A stretch of 39,859 nt of DNA from Octopus bimaculoides (Eukaryota). The position numbers and the translations under genes were made by a program. How positions within the stretch are numbered: position 1 is the stretch's first letter; each line of letters opens with the position of its first letter. Below are positions 35,503 through 39,859 of this stretch, piece after piece. The stretch lies in assembly GCF_001194135.2 (NCBI RefSeq), contig NC_068991.1, forward strand, positions 38,262,952 to 38,302,810, read 5' to 3'. The notes beneath the pieces were generated by a model. That model saw only the letters and a program-made list of their open reading frames with translations. It ran no database searches and was not told the origin of the DNA.

Positions 35503-35958
35503 TATAATATAGGGTATCTAAGAGATACCGCCACGCTGAAAAATAGCAGTCAAATCTTGACTCTAAACCACAATAAATGTTCATATTTTGTCAGTGTATT
35601 TACTGCGGTGATATTTCTGACCATATCGCACGAGGAGTTTTTAGGCGGGCAATTTAAACTGGTCGTGTACATACGTGCATATATATGTATGTATACGTTC
35701 GTATATGTAAGTATACTGTATGTTTATATATATATATTTGTATTTATGTGCTTTTCTGAGTATATTCCACCGATGAAGGCAAAGCATTTATTATGCAAAG
35801 CCAGAAATCCGGGATCTGGAATAATCCAGTTATTTTTACTAGTTTATTTTGTCTTCGTCTTCGCTCGTTGTGCTATATGAACATTTATTGTGGTTTAGAG
35901 TCAAGATTTGACTGCTATTTTTCAGCGTGGCGGTATCTCTTAGATACCCTATATTATA
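35503..35958. mobile_element. 456-bp non-autonomous element / fold-back with perfect 84-bp terminal inverted repeats
   Basis: 35503-35586 is the exact reverse complement of 35875-35958 by base-by-base reading; TA at both outer ends; 288-bp non-coding interior. Confidence 0.75.
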
Positions 35959-38049
35959 ATTTTAAATAATTGTTACCGTTGAAGGTTTTTATTCCCATGC
36001 TGGCCACTTGATAAGATCAATATTTAAAATATCGATCTTATCCTTATTTATATAAATGTATATATATATATAGGTAGGTAGAAGGTAGGTAGGTAGGTAG
36101 GTAGGTAGGTAGGTAGGTAGGTAGGTAGGTATATGTATGTATGCTATGTATGTGTGTGCACTTGTGTCACGTATCAGAAATAAGAATACAAATAGCAATA
36201 TACTAATGATGATAATAAGGATAGCTAATAAATAATCGAACGACATGCAGGTGAATATCTGAAGAGGGTAAGCAAGGCTTTTAGCACCGACAAAAGAATG
36301 AACGGCGGTTGAATGTTATTGGCGAGAGAAACAATAACAACAGCATCAAAAACTGAGGAAGTAAACGAGAAGAAAAGTTGGAGACGAACAGATTAAGACG
36401 TTGGGTGGGAGAAGAACGGAAAGAAAGAAATAGTACTTTTGTCTATTTATATATGAATAATATATATATATATATGTATATGTGTGTGTATACATATATA
36501 TATGCACATATATATATANNNNNNNNNNNNNNNNNNNNNNNNNNNNNNNNNNNNNNNNNNNNNNNNNNNNNNNNNNNNNNNNNNNNNNNNNNNNNNNNNN
36601 NNNNNNNNNNNNNNNNNNNNNNNNNNNNNNNNNNNNNNNNNNNNNNNNNNNNNNNNNNNNNNNNNNNNNNNNNNNNNNNNNNNATACATATATATATATG
36701 CATATGTGTATGTATATATTAATATATATATATATGTACGTATTTATATATGTATATGTGTGTGTATACATATATATATGCACATATATATATATATATA
36801 CATATATATATGCATATATATATACATATATATGCATATATATATATGTATACATATATATACATATATATATATGCATATGTGTATGTATATATTAATA
36901 TATATATATGTATGTATGTAAACATGTGTGTGTATATATATATATATAATATATGTATGTATGGATGTATGTATGGATGTATGTATGTATGTATATGTGT
37001 ATGTGTGTATGTGTGTATATAGATAGGTATGTCGGTTGTGTTGTTGGTATAATGTGGTGTCTGCTGATATTTAAGAAACTGCGTTAATGAAATATCAAGC
37101 TTTCTATACGCGGTAGTGAGTGTATATGAATATACACTGGCGTGAGTGTATATGAGAGTACACATTTGTGGATGTTTTGCGTGAGTGTGCATGCGTGAGT
37201 GCGCTTTTGATTGTGCATATGCGAACATCTGTGTATGTATAGGTGTGTTTCTTGTAAGAGAGTGTACCTGCCTATTTATGTTTGAGCGTTTGTGTTCGTA
37301 TGTGAATATGTGTGTGTATATTTGTGTAGTCTGTACCTATGTGATTGGGATGGAACGTATATTTTTGTATATGTGCATGCCTACCTGTTTCTATAAGATG
37401 TTTATGAACGTGTGAGCGTGTTGTGCGAGTGTATATGTATGGCGTTGGTGGCAATAAGGAAGCTGAAGGCAGTATGGGTTGGCAGCTGAGAAAACGGTGA
37501 ATTTCTATGTAACTGGTAACAAAGCGAGAAATAGCAGGCAGTGATACCGATGAATAATCTAATTTTTTTCCCTCAAGGGACGGTCAGGAGGTACATAAGA
37601 ATTGTGGTATGGTGGGTGAAATGAAATGGGGAGTCATAGATATAGAAGAAAGAGTTAGTGCAGGAGAGAAGGAAGCACTTAAAGAGGTATTACTACATAG
37701 AGGGAGAGAAGCAAAATATGAGGGAAATAAAGAAAGCAAGAAAAAGAAGGAAACAATGGCTAAAGACAGCAATAAGAATCAATAATGAGAGAATGCAGAG
37801 TGGGTGGCCTTAACCTAACTCTAAATAATTATGTGTTGATGGAAAAATCAATATTTGTCAATGACAAACAATATTTTCGTTTCGATAGCAGTTACAGGAA
37901 ACAACTTTGAACGTGTTTTAGCATCGTTCTAACCTCATTAGTAAGGTATAGCTTTAACTTATTTTCTAATAAGACTAGAATAAGCCTGGAACATGTTCAA
38001 AGGCAAATTATTCTATTTGATTTATTTTAAAGTTTTGTATGAAGGAAAG

Positions 38050-38450
38050 CTTCCAACAAGAACTTTAATGGTGCCTTGAACCTCGAAAATGGTAACAACT
38101 GGACAGAGTGTGTTCCTTACGCTTGTCGCAGAATTAAAATGATATTGATTTTAGATATAGCAACCAAGTTTTAAATCTGTAAGGGGGAAATGAATAGGAA
38201 GTTATATAACGTTAAGATTTCCACAAGGTCTTTGAAATGCTTCTTCCTTTCAGTTGAAACACTGTTGTAAATTCACTGTGAAGAGGAATCCAAAACTACC
38301 GGACGGCCTTACTTGCAGAACTGAAGTACCACATAACCATATGTGCTATAAACTGAAAGAGTTTTAGATAAAGGAAACTGATAGATTACATAGTCGAAGC
38401 CTTCTGCGACTGAAGATGAAATCGTTCCCATTTGGAGTTGAAAATGAGTT
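38050..38450 (+). pseudogene. Possible very old non-LTR (RTE-like) reverse transcriptase remnant
   Basis: Broken frames give KLPTRTL.., CKGEMNRKLY / DFHKVFE..NTVVNSL*RGI..LLAEL, loosely like the RT pattern KCREYNxPLYxAFxDFxKAFD..AVxNAL. Confidence 0.25.
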
Positions 38451-38714
38451 TCTACAACTGGATCTCCTGAAATACAGTGTTCTTCAAAGTTTAACTTTAA
38501 CTAGTCAGTTCTTAATACAGCACGATTATTGAAGAATAGAAAAATGAAAGCATTTATATTCCTGGGTGTTAGCTACACACACACACACAGATAGACATAT
38601 AGACAGGCAGGCAGGTAGGCAAGCAGACAGCTAGATAGATAGACAGATATATAGATAGATAGATATAGCAATAAAGGATAACTTTTTTCTTAAACTTCAT
38701 CAGTGGCCAGCATA

Positions 38715-38918
38715 GATATATATAAACAAACTAACATTTTTTTTTATGGATACAGATAAGATGATAATTTGTTTTCGAACGCAAAGATGCCGTTAGAACA
38801 GTAGAAACATTGGGTAATTTACCCCTGACATAGCTAAAAGTATTTGTCTGCAAACAGCCTTGAACCCATATCTTTTGATATTCCGGATAAGTACTTTACC
38901 ATTAAGCTAAACTTCCAC
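38715..38918 (-). mobile_element. tRNA-headed SINE-like element, copy 1
   Basis: Minus strand TAGCTTAATGGTAAAGT (A box with D-arm-like GCTT/AAGT stem) and GGGTTCAAG (B-box-like); body shared with copy 2. Confidence 0.55.
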
Positions 38919-38969
38919 CAACAAAACAATCCACTTTTTAGACGCCTTTAAAGCGAAATGTGCAACAAA

Positions 38970-39196
38970 ATATAAACAAACTAACATTTGTTCTTTTTTA
39001 TAAGCGCTGAAATGTGTATATAAATACAAATAAGATGATAATTTGTTTTCAAGCGGAGAGACGCTGTTAGAACTGCAGAAACATTGGGTAAATTACCCTT
39101 AGAAAGTAAAGAAAAATTGTCAACAAACAGCCATGGGACTCGAACCGGTGTCTTCAGTACAAGCAGGGGTACTACTTGGACTGGCCCCACGAGCAT
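38970..39196 (-). mobile_element. tRNA-headed SINE-like element, copy 2
   Basis: Minus strand CCGGTTCGAGTCCC B box; body blocks TATAAACAAACTAACATTT, ATAAGATGATAATTTGTTTTC and AGAAACATTGGGTAA are shared with 38715-38857. Confidence 0.55.
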
Positions 39197-39859
39197 ACAC
39201 CAAGATAAACCATTGTGTTATATATAGCCCTGCCCTCTTTATTTATGTTGTTCAGCCCCCGCTTCCTCCTCCTCTTCTTCTTCTTCTTCTTCTTATTATT
39301 ATTATTATTAGTAGTAGTAGTAGTAGTAGTAGTAGTAAAGACGAAGAGCGCGATTCGATTGTATAGATATTTTATTCGTTGAACAATATTTCAAGAGTAC
39401 GTCTGTCTTTGTCAAGTTCAAAATATGAGGGGATTAAAAATTCAAAATTACAGAAATTTAAACGTAAAGTATGAACGAGAGCAACCAGCATCCACACGTT
39501 GATGGAATGACATAATCGGTTTTTAAGTTTTATAACAGGCAGAAAACTGTTTGATTGAATATTCTTCTTTCTCTCTTTTTCTTTCCTTTTTTCTGTCGTC
39601 TTCCTTTTTCTATTTTTCTCTTTCTTTCTGACTGTTATAAAACTTAAAAACTGATGATGGCACGAAGTAAATCTGCAATGCGTTGTTTCTTGGCTTATTA
39701 AGTGGACATGTTAGATCGTATGACTGGAACGTCTGCTTAGATTAACTCTATATACCTCCACCCTGATATAGAAAACAATATTTTAGTATATATGCTCAGG
39801 GATATATGAAAAATAAGTCTTACAAAATATTCCAAGTTTTGCTTCCCTACCCTGTATAT

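Noticed and set aside
36460-36920. Repeated TA/TG-rich blocks around the gap
   Set aside because: Low-complexity local duplication or collapse; no further structure.
726-37454. Long ORFs with X runs or HT/YI/CV/poly-residue content
   Set aside because: They are translations of N-gaps and di-/trinucleotide microsatellites.
1-39859. CRISPR array, operon or prokaryotic defence system
   Set aside because: Eukaryotic repeat-rich DNA; no regularly spaced repeat-spacer pattern or dense coding.

Overview
Repeat-dense eukaryotic intronic/intergenic DNA with about 4.7 kb (about 12%) in 13 N-gaps, most flanked by microsatellites. The abundant tRNA-derived SINEs look like those I recall from Octopus genomes, so coleoid cephalopod origin is an inference and not a search result. 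No intact protein-coding gene is supported, and almost all tracked ORFs are microsatellite or gap artefacts. Recognisable content: many SINE copies of several families; two internally deleted Tc1/mariner elements with both TIRs; a mariner-type MITE; and a 3.5-kb cluster (12.2-15.7 kb) of four retroelement remnants. That cluster holds a Penelope GIY-YIG fragment, a Ty3/gypsy gag-protease-integrase lacking RT/RNaseH, a LINE ORF1-like CCHC protein and an RTE-type C2H2 pair. Several long fold-backs are present, including a perfect 84-bp inverted repeat at 35.5-36.0 kb. Two short candidate host exons (28645-28693 +, 33361-33466 -) are unidentified. I found no firm evidence of a new biological system; the best leads are the LINE-ORF1/gypsy composite and the perfect-TIR element.
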